Of a DNA stretch of 60,124 bases, positions 26,412 through 36,155 are shown piece after piece. Each line of letters opens with the position of its first letter. The stretch's first letter is position 1. The notes under the pieces are model-generated. The model saw only the letters and a list, made by a program, of their open reading frames with translations. It had not been told where the DNA came from and searched no databases. Source of the stretch: a virus (Duplodnaviria > Caudoviricetes); the IMG/VR virus record IMGVR_UViG_3300029448_000032, positions 1 to 60,124 of that record. The stretch is one strand, 5' to 3'. The position numbers and the translations under genes were made by a program.

Positions 26412-26609
26412 TAACAATTGGTTAAATTTTTAGCCAGGAGGTAACTACTTGATAATAGTTCTCTGTAACGATCCTTGTGATGACATCTCAGGATCCGTAC
26501 TAGATTGGACTAAGAAAGCTACGTCTAACGTTAAAAGCCTTAATGAGAAGAGAATTAATAAAACTAACGAGAAGAACCAATCAGTTCTTGCTAGCTCTTG
26601 GGAAAAACT

Positions 26610-28253
26610 ATGGAAAATAAAAGGAAGCTCGCCCTCGTCAAAGAAGCGAGAAAACGAAAACTACTAAACGACTACAAAACTAATTTTGAAAATTTCTCCA
26701 AAGATCAAATCAAAATAATAACAAAAGATGCTGCTAGAGGATTTACTCCCTTTATATTTAATGATGCTCAAAGAAAAGTTAATGAAGCATTAGAGAAACA
26801 ACTTAAAGAAAAAGGAAGAGTAAGAGCATTAATCTTAAAAGCTCGTCAACAAGGTATATCTACTTACTGTACTGCTCGTACTGCATGGAAGAGTTTCTTT
26901 ACGCCTAACGCAAGATCGGTTGTAATGGCTCATGATAGTGCGACTTCAGATGCCTTATTTAGTATGAGCAAGAACCTCATAGATAAAATGGAAGACGAAT
27001 TCCGGCCTCAACTTATAGCATCAAATGCTAAGGAGATTAAATTTGAACATAACAACGCGGGTTATAGATTATATACGGCTGGCTCTCCGGAAGCTGGCCG
27101 TGGAACTACCCCTACAATTGCTCACCTTAGTGAGGTGGCCTTTTGGACTTTTGACGAGAAGATTCTCGCCGGACTATTCCAAGGTATCTCTCAAGCTGAC
27201 GGTACCGAAGTTATCCTGGAGTCTACGGCCAACGGTGCTAAAGGAGAATTTTATAGATTATGGAGGACGGCTGAACAAGGCTATGAAAGAGGCGATTCTG
27301 AATACATACCTATATTTCTACCTTGGTTTGTCACTAACGAATATAGGAGGGAAGCTCCTGAGAATTTTGAACCTGATGCAAAAGAGCGTGAGCTTATGGA
27401 CGAGCATGGCTTGGATTACAGCCAGCTTTATTGGAGACGCCTTAAAATTGCTGAGTCGGGCGAAAGGAAATTTGTCCAGGAGTATCCGAGCAATCCTGAA
27501 GAAGCGTTCTTAGTAACAGGTAGTAGTGTCTTTGATTTAAAGAAATTAAATTCTTTTGAACCTGCACCGTACCTTAAAAAGATGCATTTAGATTTAGATT
27601 CAAAATTCTTTGAAGATACTAATGAAGGAGATATAGAAATTTATGATTATCCTAACCATGATACAGGATATGTTATAGGAGCTGATGTTGCTTTAGGAGT
27701 AGGAAAAGATTATTCTGCTGCAGTAGTATTAAATGAAAATAGACAAATTGTTTCTGCTTATAGAAATAATCTTATAGATCCTAGTAAATTTGGCGATTTT
27801 TTATTTTACTTAGGAAGATACTATAATAATGCTTTGCTTGCTGTAGAGTCTAACTCTATGGGAATTGCTACTCTACAAAAGCTAGATGATATGGGGTATG
27901 TAAACCTATACAAGCAAACAAAGATAGCTAACGTCAGTAGAGAAGAAGGAGAAAGACTAGGGTTTAGAACTACTGTAGCAACAAGAAGTACAATCATAGG
28001 AAACTTGAAGAACGCTATAGAGAACGATGATGTATATGTACCTAGTATAGATATTATCCAAGAACTGAAGGATTATATAGTTAATGACCACGGAAAAGCT
28101 GAAGCAGCTCCAGGATGCCATGATGACTATGTTATGTCTCTTGCTATTGGCCTAGAGGTGTTAAGATCTCACTATGACCGTATAACAACTAACAAGGTAC
28201 CCTGGAACCAGAAGTTCTCTACTGTAGAACAGGATAATACAAAATGGTTATAA
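26610..28253 (+). CDS. terL: Terminase large subunit
   Basis: LKARQQGIST, HLSEVAFW, ESTANG, GADVALG, HDDYVM. Confidence 0.95.
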   Translation: MENKRKLALVKEARKRKLLNDYKTNFENFSKDQIKIITKDAARGFTPFIFNDAQRKVNEALEKQLKEKGRVRALILKARQQGISTYCTARTAWKSFFTPNARSVVMAHDSATSDALFSMSKNLIDKMEDEFRPQLIASNAKEIKFEHNNAGYRLYTAGSPEAGRGTTPTIAHLSEVAFWTFDEKILAGLFQGISQADGTEVILESTANGAKGEFYRLWRTAEQGYERGDSEYIPIFLPWFVTNEYRREAPENFEPDAKERELMDEHGLDYSQLYWRRLKIAESGERKFVQEYPSNPEEAFLVTGSSVFDLKKLNSFEPAPYLKKMHLDLDSKFFEDTNEGDIEIYDYPNHDTGYVIGADVALGVGKDYSAAVVLNENRQIVSAYRNNLIDPSKFGDFLFYLGRYYNNALLAVESNSMGIATLQKLDDMGYVNLYKQTKIANVSREEGERLGFRTTVATRSTIIGNLKNAIENDDVYVPSIDIIQELKDYIVNDHGKAEAAPGCHDDYVMSLAIGLEVLRSHYDRITTNKVPWNQKFSTVEQDNTKWL

Positions 28254-28356
28254 AAAGTCTTTTGATTATTTCAGTTACACTTATGTTTCTAACTAGTGAA
28301 GAAGATTTTATAAGACCTCGTCCTAGAGGAGGACAAAATAAAGAAATGAGTAATAC

Positions 28357-28782
28357 ATGATATTAAAAACTGCACTTATGTGTCTAGCATTAAATGTCTA
28401 CCATGAAGCTAAGAATCAATCTACGGTAGGCCAATTAGCTGTAGGACAAGTAGTATTAAATAGAGTAGAAGATACTAGATTCCCTAATACTGTCTGTGAA
28501 GTAATTGAGGAAGGTATCACTTATAAAGGTACAGATACTCCTGTCTTGCATAAATGTCAATTTAGTTGGTACTGTGATGGAAAGCCAGATAATCCTGATA
28601 AGTCTAGTAAAGCTTGGATAAAAGCTTTAATTAACGCTAATACAGTACTAAAAAACGAAATAATAGATATTACTGAAGGAGCTACTCACTATCATGCAAC
28701 TTATGTAAAGCCTTCATGGGCTGCAACAAAAACTAGAACAACAAGAATAGATAGTCATATATTTTATAGGTGGGAAAAATGA
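28357..28782 (+). CDS. SleB-like cell wall hydrolase (Hydrolase_2)
   Basis: CLALNVYHEA, VLNRV, CQFSW, GATHYHA, HIFY. Confidence 0.92.
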   Translation: MILKTALMCLALNVYHEAKNQSTVGQLAVGQVVLNRVEDTRFPNTVCEVIEEGITYKGTDTPVLHKCQFSWYCDGKPDNPDKSSKAWIKALINANTVLKNEIIDITEGATHYHATYVKPSWAATKTRTTRIDSHIFYRWEK

Positions 28783-28873
28783 TTATTAACATAATTTGTT
28801 TTGCTTTTATGGGAATTGGTTTTGCTGTAAATGTGGCTCTTTTAATCCATCTTTCACAAATAAAGGATCGAAT

Positions 28874-29584
28874 ATGATAAATGAGATAAAAGTAGATCTT
28901 ATAGATTCTTGTGGTACAGACTTAACTGTAGTTAATGCTGCAAGAGTATCATTCGATAAAGAAGCAGAGTGGGGTTGGGAGAGATACGATCAAGATGACT
29001 TTAAGAGAGTATTAAGACCAAGAGACAAAAAACTTATTGAGTACTTAGCTGAGCATGAACACTGGAGTCCTTTTGCCCACACGTTTTTGCAATTCAGAAT
29101 AACAGCTCCAATCTTTGTTGCTCGTCAGTTGGGTAAACATCAGGTAGGCCTAGTATGGAACGAGGTTAGCAGAAGATATGTAGACGAAGATCCTGTATTT
29201 TTTAAACCTAAAGAATTTAGAGGAAAACCTATAAATAAAAAGCAGGGAAGTTCTAAAGAAATAATAGATATAAATCCTTCTACAGGGTCTGGTCCTATGT
29301 TTGTAGATGAATATGATAGAGTCATGAACACCAGTAAGTGGACATATAATCAGTTATTAAGTTTAGGTGTATGTCCTGAGCAAGCACGTTTAGTATTACC
29401 ACAAGCAATGATGACGAGCTGGTATTGGTCAGGATCTTTGTTTGCTTTTTCGAGAGTATATAACTTACGAAGTAAAGAGGATGCTCAAGAAGAATGTCAA
29501 GATGTAGCTAAAGAATTAGATAAACATTGTAAACATAAATTTCCTATATCGTGGAAACACTTAACCACAGGAACTGTCCCCTAA
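28874..29584 (+). CDS. thyX: Flavin-dependent thymidylate synthase
   Basis: VVNAARVS, HWSPF, PIFVARQL.KH....NEVSRRY, EQARLVLP, AQEE. Confidence 0.92.
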   Translation: MINEIKVDLIDSCGTDLTVVNAARVSFDKEAEWGWERYDQDDFKRVLRPRDKKLIEYLAEHEHWSPFAHTFLQFRITAPIFVARQLGKHQVGLVWNEVSRRYVDEDPVFFKPKEFRGKPINKKQGSSKEIIDINPSTGSGPMFVDEYDRVMNTSKWTYNQLLSLGVCPEQARLVLPQAMMTSWYWSGSLFAFSRVYNLRSKEDAQEECQDVAKELDKHCKHKFPISWKHLTTGTVP

Positions 29585-29590
29585 TAGAGA
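29575..29590 (+). promoter_or_regulatory. T7-style phage promoter
   Basis: TGTCCCCTAATAGAGA overlapping the thyX stop. Confidence 0.6.
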
Positions 29591-29631
29591 ATTTAAAAAT
29601 TTTTGAGCTTTATATCTGAGAGGAGAGTTCA

Positions 29632-29832
29632 GTGCTTAAAACAATAGTATTAATATGTCAACTAAATAACCCAACAAATTGTTTATTATTAGAAGATACA
29701 GAAGGGTTGCATAAAACTTTTAATAAATGTGCTGCAAGAGCTAATGAACTTCGAGAAGCTTTACCAAATTATTTACCACATATGAGAGCAGTAGACTTTA
29801 AATGTGTTAAAGAAACAGAAACCCAAATTTAA
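29632..29832 (+). CDS. Small Cys-patterned protein (paralog of 21700-21930)
   Basis: IC..C...DT.G.....C..R..E...C. Confidence 0.6.
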   Translation: MLKTIVLICQLNNPTNCLLLEDTEGLHKTFNKCAARANELREALPNYLPHMRAVDFKCVKETETQI

Positions 29833-29843
29833 TAGGACATATA

Positions 29844-30209
29844 ATGAAAAAGTATTTTATAGCTTTACTTACGATCGCTGCTTCTTGTTCTCCAGTAGCT
29901 GCATGGGAATTAAGTAACGGCATATCGTTAGACAACTCAATAAAAGCACAGTATAATGTTGACACAACTATAACATCACTAACAATGGAATCAGGAATTA
30001 CTGTACCAGTATCTATTGTGGACTTAAGTGTTGATGCAGATTTCAATTTAGCAGAACTTAGTTTTAGTGATAACTCAGATGTATATCAAGGAATAGATAT
30101 TGGATTAGCAGTTAGTGCTGCATCTAATATTGTTTTAGAATTAAACACAGGAATCGATACTGATTGGAATAGAGAGGATTTAGTAGCATCTGTGACGTGG
30201 TCCTTTTAA
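29844..30209 (+). CDS. Secreted small beta-barrel / outer-membrane-protein-like
   Basis: Signal peptide, alternating beta strands, C-terminal ..VTWSF. Confidence 0.6.
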   Translation: MKKYFIALLTIAASCSPVAAWELSNGISLDNSIKAQYNVDTTITSLTMESGITVPVSIVDLSVDADFNLAELSFSDNSDVYQGIDIGLAVSAASNIVLELNTGIDTDWNREDLVASVTWSF

Positions 30210-30277
30210 ATATGACAGACGAAGAATTTAAGAAATATGTTAAACTATTATGTGATATTTGGAATATAAAAAAATAA

Positions 30278-30439
30278 ATGAAGAAATACTTTTACAAAAT
30301 GTGGAACAATTATATAGAATATAAAGAACGTAGAGCGGCCTATGTAACATTACAATCAATGCCTGATTACATGTTAAAAGATATGGGACTATATAGATCT
30401 GATATCCGGAGACAAGTATACAAAGAACACGATAGGTGA
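30278..30439 (+). CDS. DUF1127 (YjiS-like) small protein
   Basis: Translated by hand: ...RRAAYVTLQSMPDYMLKDMGLYRSDI... Confidence 0.8.
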   Translation: MKKYFYKMWNNYIEYKERRAAYVTLQSMPDYMLKDMGLYRSDIRRQVYKEHDR

Positions 30440-30442
30440 TAA

Positions 30443-30775
30443 ATGGATTTAAAAATATCTATAGGACTTGCTGTAACTTTAGCAGCTCAAATATGCGCAG
30501 CTGTATGGTATGTAGCCCAAACAGATGCAACTATAAAAACTTTAGACACTAAGGTAGCAGAGCTAAGCAGTACTGTAGCTATTGAAGAATCAGTTAATTT
30601 AAAAAGAGATGTTGACCATAATGCCAACAATATAACTAATATTGATACTGATGTTAAAACATTAAGTAATCATTTAGCTGTAGGCATCGGAGATAGTAAT
30701 GATATCTTAAGACGTATAAGCATTTTAGAAACTGAAATTAGGTTTATTCAAAAGGAGCTAGATAGAAATGATTAA
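30443..30775 (+). CDS. TM plus coiled-coil protein (possible spanin-like)
   Basis: N-terminal TM followed by heptad repeats. Confidence 0.5.
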   Translation: MDLKISIGLAVTLAAQICAAVWYVAQTDATIKTLDTKVAELSSTVAIEESVNLKRDVDHNANNITNIDTDVKTLSNHLAVGIGDSNDILRRISILETEIRFIQKELDRND

Positions 30776-30869
30776 AAATCTAAGACATTATTTTAAAAGA
30801 ATCTGGTGTGCAATATTAAATAAAGATTGTTGTGATACTTGTGACTGTTCAGTAGGTAAAAAGGATTAA
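30768..30869 (+). CDS. 33-aa Cys-rich peptide
   Basis: MIKNLRHYFKRIWCAILNKDCCDTCDCSVGKKD with GGAG RBS. Confidence 0.45.
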   Translation: MIKNLRHYFKRIWCAILNKDCCDTCDCSVGKKD

Positions 30870-30873
30870 GATA

Positions 30874-31113
30874 TTGGTAAATTTATCTGTTGGAAGAGGT
30901 GAAAAGCTTTCTGTTAAAAAGGGAGCTGGGTTAACCGCTAAAGGAGTAGCAAAGTATAGACGTGCTAATCCTGGATCTAAACTAAAAACCGCTGTAACCG
31001 GTAAAGTAAAAGCTGGAAGTAAAGCAGCAGGAAGAAGAAAATCTTTTTGTGCTAGGTCTAAAGGTTGGACTGGCGAACGAGGTAAGGCAGCTAGAAGAAG
31101 GTGGAAGTGTTAA
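30874..31113 (+). CDS. Small basic conserved phage protein
   Basis: GLTAKG..YRRANPGSKLK...RRKSFCAR...RRWKC. Confidence 0.7.
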   Translation: MVNLSVGRGEKLSVKKGAGLTAKGVAKYRRANPGSKLKTAVTGKVKAGSKAAGRRKSFCARSKGWTGERGKAARRRWKC

Positions 31114-31116
31114 ATT

Positions 31117-31524
31117 ATGAATAAAGTAAATCCAAACTCACTAAATAACTTACGCCCCTTCACTAAAGAAGGTGCGCGCGTCGGCCAACGTAACTCTGTA
31201 ATAGCTCGTAAAGCTAACAAAGAAGCTAGAGAAGCGTTGAAGTTAAGTATTAACGATTGGAAAGCTTTAAGAGATGAAGTTAAAGAAGACGCACCTGCGG
31301 CTCTAGATGTACTTAAGATTGCTATGACAAAAGCCTTAGCTATTGAAGACATGGATGAAGCTACTAGATTAGCAGCTGTTTTAGCTGAGTTTGAAGCTCC
31401 TAAGTTACAAAGACAAGATATTACTCAAGTAACTCAAACAGCAGATTTAACAGACGAGCAACTAAAAGAAGCACTAGATGAATTAGATATTCCATTTGGT
31501 GTAGAACCTAAAAACTTAAATTGA
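31117..31524 (+). CDS. Putative terminase small subunit
   Basis: NPNSLNNLRPF N-terminus, LTDEQL C-terminus; late arm upstream of the portal. Confidence 0.5.
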   Translation: MNKVNPNSLNNLRPFTKEGARVGQRNSVIARKANKEAREALKLSINDWKALRDEVKEDAPAALDVLKIAMTKALAIEDMDEATRLAAVLAEFEAPKLQRQDITQVTQTADLTDEQLKEALDELDIPFGVEPKNLN

Positions 31525-31538
31525 GGTAATTATATATT

Positions 31539-31697
31539 ATGCCAAAAAAGAAAAAAGGACTTTATGCTAACATCCATGCTAAACGTGCTAGAATAGCATC
31601 AGGATCAGGCGAAAAAATGCGGAAGCCTGGAACAAAAGGTGCTCCAACTACAGCTAATTTTAAACGAGCAGCAAAAACAGCTAAGAAAAAATATTAA
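31539..31697 (+). CDS. Small basic conserved phage protein
   Basis: GLYANIHAKR...KMRKPG.KGAPT, translated by hand. Confidence 0.65.
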   Translation: MPKKKKGLYANIHAKRARIASGSGEKMRKPGTKGAPTTANFKRAAKTAKKKY

Positions 31698-31711
31698 TAA
31701 GAGTAATAAAA

Positions 31712-32038
31712 ATGACCAAGAAATCACTACAAAACGATAGTGCATATAATGAATACGATGAAGATGGTGATGGAGTAGTTACTGACGAAGAACTTAAACA
31801 TGTGAAAGAAATTAAAACTATGGAACATGACTTACGAAAACAGAGAGCGCAGAGACGTATGGCCGCGGGAAGTCTTATAGCTATGGGAGCTTTTACTTTC
31901 CTTATGTTTTTACCTATAATACCATTAGAAAGAGTAGAAGCTTTATCAGATATATCTAATTTATTCTATATATCTGCAGCAGGTATAGTTGGTGCTTATA
32001 TGGGAACATCTGCATGGATGTCTAACAGAAGTAAATAA
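31712..32038 (+). CDS. EF-hand-like plus two-TM protein (candidate holin)
   Basis: DEDGDGVVTDEE then two TM helices; precedes the endolysin. Confidence 0.55.
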   Translation: MTKKSLQNDSAYNEYDEDGDGVVTDEELKHVKEIKTMEHDLRKQRAQRRMAAGSLIAMGAFTFLMFLPIIPLERVEALSDISNLFYISAAGIVGAYMGTSAWMSNRSK

Positions 32039-32049
32039 AAGGAGATATT

Positions 32050-32502
32050 ATGGCTTTTTCTTTATCACAAAGATCTTTAAGTAAACTAGAGGGAGTAAAC
32101 GAAGATTTAGTACAAGTTGTTAAAAGAGCAATAGAACTCACAAAAATCGACTTCGGTGTCATCTACGGAATGAGGACACAAGAAGAACAGCAGAAGTTGT
32201 TTGACGCAGGCAAATCACAGACTATGAAATCCAAACACCTAACGGGTGACGCAGTGGACTTAATGGCTTACGTAGACGGAAAGGCAAGTTGGGAACTCAA
32301 CCTGTACGATGACTTAGCTGATGCTATGAAGTGGGCAGCAACAGAATCTGGAACTAAGATTAGGTGGGGAGCAGCTTGGCATATAAATGACATATCTACA
32401 TGGAATAGCACAATGGAAGAAGCTATGATGGCTTACATTGACCTACGTAGATCAGAAGGAAGACGACCATTTATTGATGGTCCACATTTCGAACTTAATT
32501 AA
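32050..32502 (+). CDS. Endolysin, peptidase M15 family
   Basis: G.RT..EQ, SKHLTG.AVD, RWG, DGPHFEL. Confidence 0.92.
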   Translation: MAFSLSQRSLSKLEGVNEDLVQVVKRAIELTKIDFGVIYGMRTQEEQQKLFDAGKSQTMKSKHLTGDAVDLMAYVDGKASWELNLYDDLADAMKWAATESGTKIRWGAAWHINDISTWNSTMEEAMMAYIDLRRSEGRRPFIDGPHFELN

Positions 32503-32534
32503 AACAAATGATTGATTGAACCCAGGAGCGGATC

Positions 32535-32693
32535 ATGTCGAGATATATTCAAAAGTTGGTTGAACCAAAACCAAAAAAGAATCGTACAACAAAAAGTGAG
32601 ATGGAACGGAGATTACCTAAACCTAAAGAGTATTCTTCTGTTGACTTAGAAAAAGCAGCTAAGATATATTCTTCTATAGGAGGTAAATATTAA
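32535..32693 (+). CDS. Hypothetical 52-aa protein
   Basis: AGGAG RBS; TAATG overlap with the portal start. Confidence 0.55.
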   Translation: MSRYIQKLVEPKPKKNRTTKSEMERRLPKPKEYSSVDLEKAAKIYSSIGGKY

Positions 32694-34858
32694 TGGCTAG
32701 TTCTCATGGTTATAAAGAGGCAGTGACAGACGAACAACTTATAAATCTTATAGAACAAGGTGTTCAAAGTAGTACTGGTGATTTTTTAAATAGTGCGGAT
32801 CTTGCAAGAGAAAGACTGAAAGCAACTTATGAATATGCAGGCGTAGCTGCAGATCATTTGTCACCACAAGGAGTATCTACTATTGTTGATACTTCCACAA
32901 CAGAAGTGATTGAAGCATACACTGCGATTCTTTCTGATTTATTTCTATCTAACCATAGATTAGCTAGATTTGTTCCTTATGACGATAGTCCAGGAGCTTT
33001 TAAGTCAGCTAAAGATGCTAGTGATATAGTTAATTACTGTATGTTTAGAAAGAATAATGGATGGGAATTAATATCCCAATGGATTAAATCTTCTCTACTA
33101 TGGAAAAACTCTGTATGTAGATGGGATTATATAGAAGATTTTGATTACATCTTTGAAGATTACGAAGAAATATCACAAGTAAAACTTGACGAGCTTTTAT
33201 CTGATGAAGATGTAGAGATCGTTGGTGAATTGAACTTTGAAAATAAAACAATATTAACCGATGATCCTAATGAAAATGAAGTAGAGTTAGTTTATACTAA
33301 TGTAAGAATAAGAAAAAGAATAGATAAGTCAAAAGTAAAATTAGAGTTAGTTCCTCCTGAAAATTTTAGAATCTCAAGAGATGCAACAGCTATAGAAGAC
33401 GCACAATTCGTAGGAATACAAACACAAATCTCTAGATCAGAAATAAGAAAGTACTATCCTGATCTCTCTAATGATATAAATTTTGATGATATACATGATA
33501 CTGCTTGGTTAGGTTCTACAAAATACTCTGAAGATGTAGCTGCTAGAAAGACAGTTACAGGTCAAGAGTATTGGCAAAGTTCTGTAGGATCTACTGACGA
33601 TATGTCATTAGAAGCTAATATAAGTGTTAATGTTACTGAGTGCTGGATTAGAGTAGATAGAGATGGTGATGGCATTGCTGAGTTAAAGCATGTTATGACT
33701 ATTGGTACTCATATTATTCAAGAGAATGATGTGGAAGAGATACCTCTAGCTTCAATAGTTCCAATAGATATACCTCATGAATTCTATGGATTATCTATGG
33801 CTGACTTCACTAGAAGCTCTACATTAGCTTCTACAGCAATATTAAGAGGATTTGTAGAAAATACTTATCTTACTAATTATGCACCAAAGTTAGCTGATCC
33901 TAATATAGTAGATTTTTCTGCTTTACAAAATATGAAGCCAAAGCAGATAATACCTACAAATGGTAATCCAGCTCAAGCTGTTAGTACATTACCTCCTGAA
34001 ACTATTTCAACAGGTACAGTTCCTTTATTAGATCACTTGCAAACTATAAAAGAACAAGCTACAGGTATGAGCAAAACTGTACAGGGTCTTAATGATACAT
34101 TATATGTTTCAGGAAATTCGGAACAAAAGTTTTCCGCTGTCCAATCAGCCGCTCAGAAGCGCATCCAACATATTGCGCGACGCTTTGCTGAAACTGGATT
34201 TAAGCGGTTAATCGCTGGAGTCTACCAAACAATGCATAAAAATATGCAGCGAAAGATTTCATATAGTATGAATGGTATTCAAAAAACAGTAGACATGAAC
34301 GCACTACCATCTAAGATGGATGTTGAAATTCTTCTTGATATAGGAGAAAACAGTAATAACACTAAGTTAACTAAACTTAAAGTTATAGGCGCAGAAGTTC
34401 TTCCAGCTTTAAACAACCAAGGTGCTGGTATGGTTATAAAACCAGAAGCACCAGCCGTATTAGCTACAAAACTAATAGAAGCTATGAATTTAGATAGTAA
34501 TGATTTCTTAGAAGACTATAATACAGATGAGTTTAGACAAAAAGCTGAAGAAGCTAGTAGATCACAATCTGAAGCTGCGCAAGCACAAAGAGAAACAGCT
34601 AATAAGAAAGAACAGGCAGATGTAGCTTTAGCAGAAGCTAACGTAGCTTATACTGCAGCACAAGCTAAAAATACCGGAGATGATAATGCTAGACAACTAG
34701 CCGTATCTATAGATAAACATTTTCAAGAATGGGCAGAGTTAAGTATTAAAGCTGCTAAAGAAGGAACTCAAATGCCACAACATCCTTCTTACAACGAAAT
34801 ATTAATGATGGCAAAACAAATTTTAGGAGGAAACCCTAATGGGAACAGTAACACTTAG
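32693..34858 (+). CDS. Portal protein
   Basis: 721 aa; VPPENF, ECWIRVD.DGDGIAE, P.PHEFYGLS patterns of P22/SU10-type portals. Confidence 0.9.
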   Translation: MASSHGYKEAVTDEQLINLIEQGVQSSTGDFLNSADLARERLKATYEYAGVAADHLSPQGVSTIVDTSTTEVIEAYTAILSDLFLSNHRLARFVPYDDSPGAFKSAKDASDIVNYCMFRKNNGWELISQWIKSSLLWKNSVCRWDYIEDFDYIFEDYEEISQVKLDELLSDEDVEIVGELNFENKTILTDDPNENEVELVYTNVRIRKRIDKSKVKLELVPPENFRISRDATAIEDAQFVGIQTQISRSEIRKYYPDLSNDINFDDIHDTAWLGSTKYSEDVAARKTVTGQEYWQSSVGSTDDMSLEANISVNVTECWIRVDRDGDGIAELKHVMTIGTHIIQENDVEEIPLASIVPIDIPHEFYGLSMADFTRSSTLASTAILRGFVENTYLTNYAPKLADPNIVDFSALQNMKPKQIIPTNGNPAQAVSTLPPETISTGTVPLLDHLQTIKEQATGMSKTVQGLNDTLYVSGNSEQKFSAVQSAAQKRIQHIARRFAETGFKRLIAGVYQTMHKNMQRKISYSMNGIQKTVDMNALPSKMDVEILLDIGENSNNTKLTKLKVIGAEVLPALNNQGAGMVIKPEAPAVLATKLIEAMNLDSNDFLEDYNTDEFRQKAEEASRSQSEAAQAQRETANKKEQADVALAEANVAYTAAQAKNTGDDNARQLAVSIDKHFQEWAELSIKAAKEGTQMPQHPSYNEILMMAKQILGGNPNGNSNT

Positions 34859-35135
34859 TGCTGCAGGCGTTGGTGCCGCTCAATCAGGAACTGTAACTAC
34901 TGCTGCCGGCTCAGCCGCTGGGAGCATTATGGTTACTAATCACAGTGATGGAGCTATTACTTTCGACGTAGCTACAGCCGGAACAGTCGTACAATCAGGC
35001 ATTAGTTTAGGACCTAAAGACTATACAATAGTAACAGGTCTTAACGATGGCGCACAAACATTAACAAGTGTAAAGACTTCGCACGGTACCTGTGCACAAA
35101 GCGGTGAACTGGTATATAATACACTTATCGCTTAA
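34839..35135 (+). CDS. Small beta-rich structural protein
   Basis: G/T/A-rich ORF in the head module. Confidence 0.55.
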   Translation: MGTVTLSAAGVGAAQSGTVTTAAGSAAGSIMVTNHSDGAITFDVATAGTVVQSGISLGPKDYTIVTGLNDGAQTLTSVKTSHGTCAQSGELVYNTLIA

Positions 35136-35197
35136 ATTTAACTTAGACGTTGCCTAATGGGACGTCGCTATAATTCTTGCTTAAAGAGGAGAACCAA

Positions 35198-35623
35198 ATG
35201 AGACATTCAGATATTATCGATTTTTTTAATTTTCATACACCTTATGCTATCGGATTTGATACATTAGTAGAAAGACTAAATCAAACTTGTAAATATACTA
35301 ATACAGATACTTATCCACCATATAATATTATAAAGGAAAGTGCTGAAAATTTTAAAATAGAAATGGCTTTAGCAGGCTTTGATAAAACTGAAATAGAAAT
35401 CAGTGTTGCTGATGGAGTATTATCAGTTAAGTCTATTAAAGAAAACAAACAAAGTGATGATAATCTATACAGAGGAATCTCTTATAGAAAATTTGATAAG
35501 AAGTTTACATTAGCGGAAGATGTTGTCGTAAAAGACGCAGAGCTAATTAATGGTTTATTATCTATTAAACTAGAAAAAATACTTCCAGAGGAAAAGAAAC
35601 CTAGGAAGATTACGATTAACTAA
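35198..35623 (+). CDS. Small heat-shock protein (Hsp20/IbpA-like)
   Basis: YPPYNI, IEMALAGF, YRGIS.R.F, NGLL.I.L..ILPEEKKPRKI. Confidence 0.93.
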   Translation: MRHSDIIDFFNFHTPYAIGFDTLVERLNQTCKYTNTDTYPPYNIIKESAENFKIEMALAGFDKTEIEISVADGVLSVKSIKENKQSDDNLYRGISYRKFDKKFTLAEDVVVKDAELINGLLSIKLEKILPEEKKPRKITIN

Positions 35624-35632
35624 AGGACTAAG

Positions 35633-35968
35633 ATGGATAAGTATAAGAACGCAGCTGAGAAGAGGCTAGGAAATACTAAGTCATATGGAAATCACAAAAT
35701 CCATCCTGAAGAAATAGCAAGACAATCTCACGTTAAAGGAGTTTTTGCAGCTAAGGAACGGGATGGATTTTTCACTGAAGTATATGGTGACATATTAGTA
35801 GACTATTTTCTACAATGGTTAAAAACCGAGCCTCATGAAACTAAGTCTCGAGAGTTTTTATATGCATCTGCTATGGCACTAGGTAGTGTCAAAGAAAAGA
35901 TGATTGCTTTCGAAACTTACGGAAAAAATGTACCACTAATGAAGGAGGATGATGGTGAGGGAAATTAA
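35633..35968 (+). CDS. Hypothetical head-module protein
   Basis: ORF with RBS. Confidence 0.65.
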   Translation: MDKYKNAAEKRLGNTKSYGNHKIHPEEIARQSHVKGVFAAKERDGFFTEVYGDILVDYFLQWLKTEPHETKSREFLYASAMALGSVKEKMIAFETYGKNVPLMKEDDGEGN

Positions 35969-36155
35969 CCACAAAGATTTGTTGGAAAATATAGAGACAA
36001 TGATTAATACTTTAGAGTATGATTCAATGAGATCTGCAGGTAAAACTAAATTAAATTGTAGTTTGCTTGTTAACTTACATACTTTAAAGGATTTTTATAA
36101 AAAGGAATTAAAGAATTCAAAGCCAACCCCGAAAATGGAGGTAGCGAATGGATAG
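35949..36155 (+). CDS. Hypothetical protein
   Basis: ORF with GGAGG RBS. Confidence 0.55.
   Translation: MMVREINHKDLLENIETMINTLEYDSMRSAGKTKLNCSLLVNLHTLKDFYKKELKNSKPTPKMEVANG

Noticed and set aside
26235-26667. ORFs 26235-26417 (-) and 26449-26667 (+)
   Set aside because: The first is low complexity and spans a promoter element; the second has a GGAGG RBS but no recognisable features, so it is left uncalled
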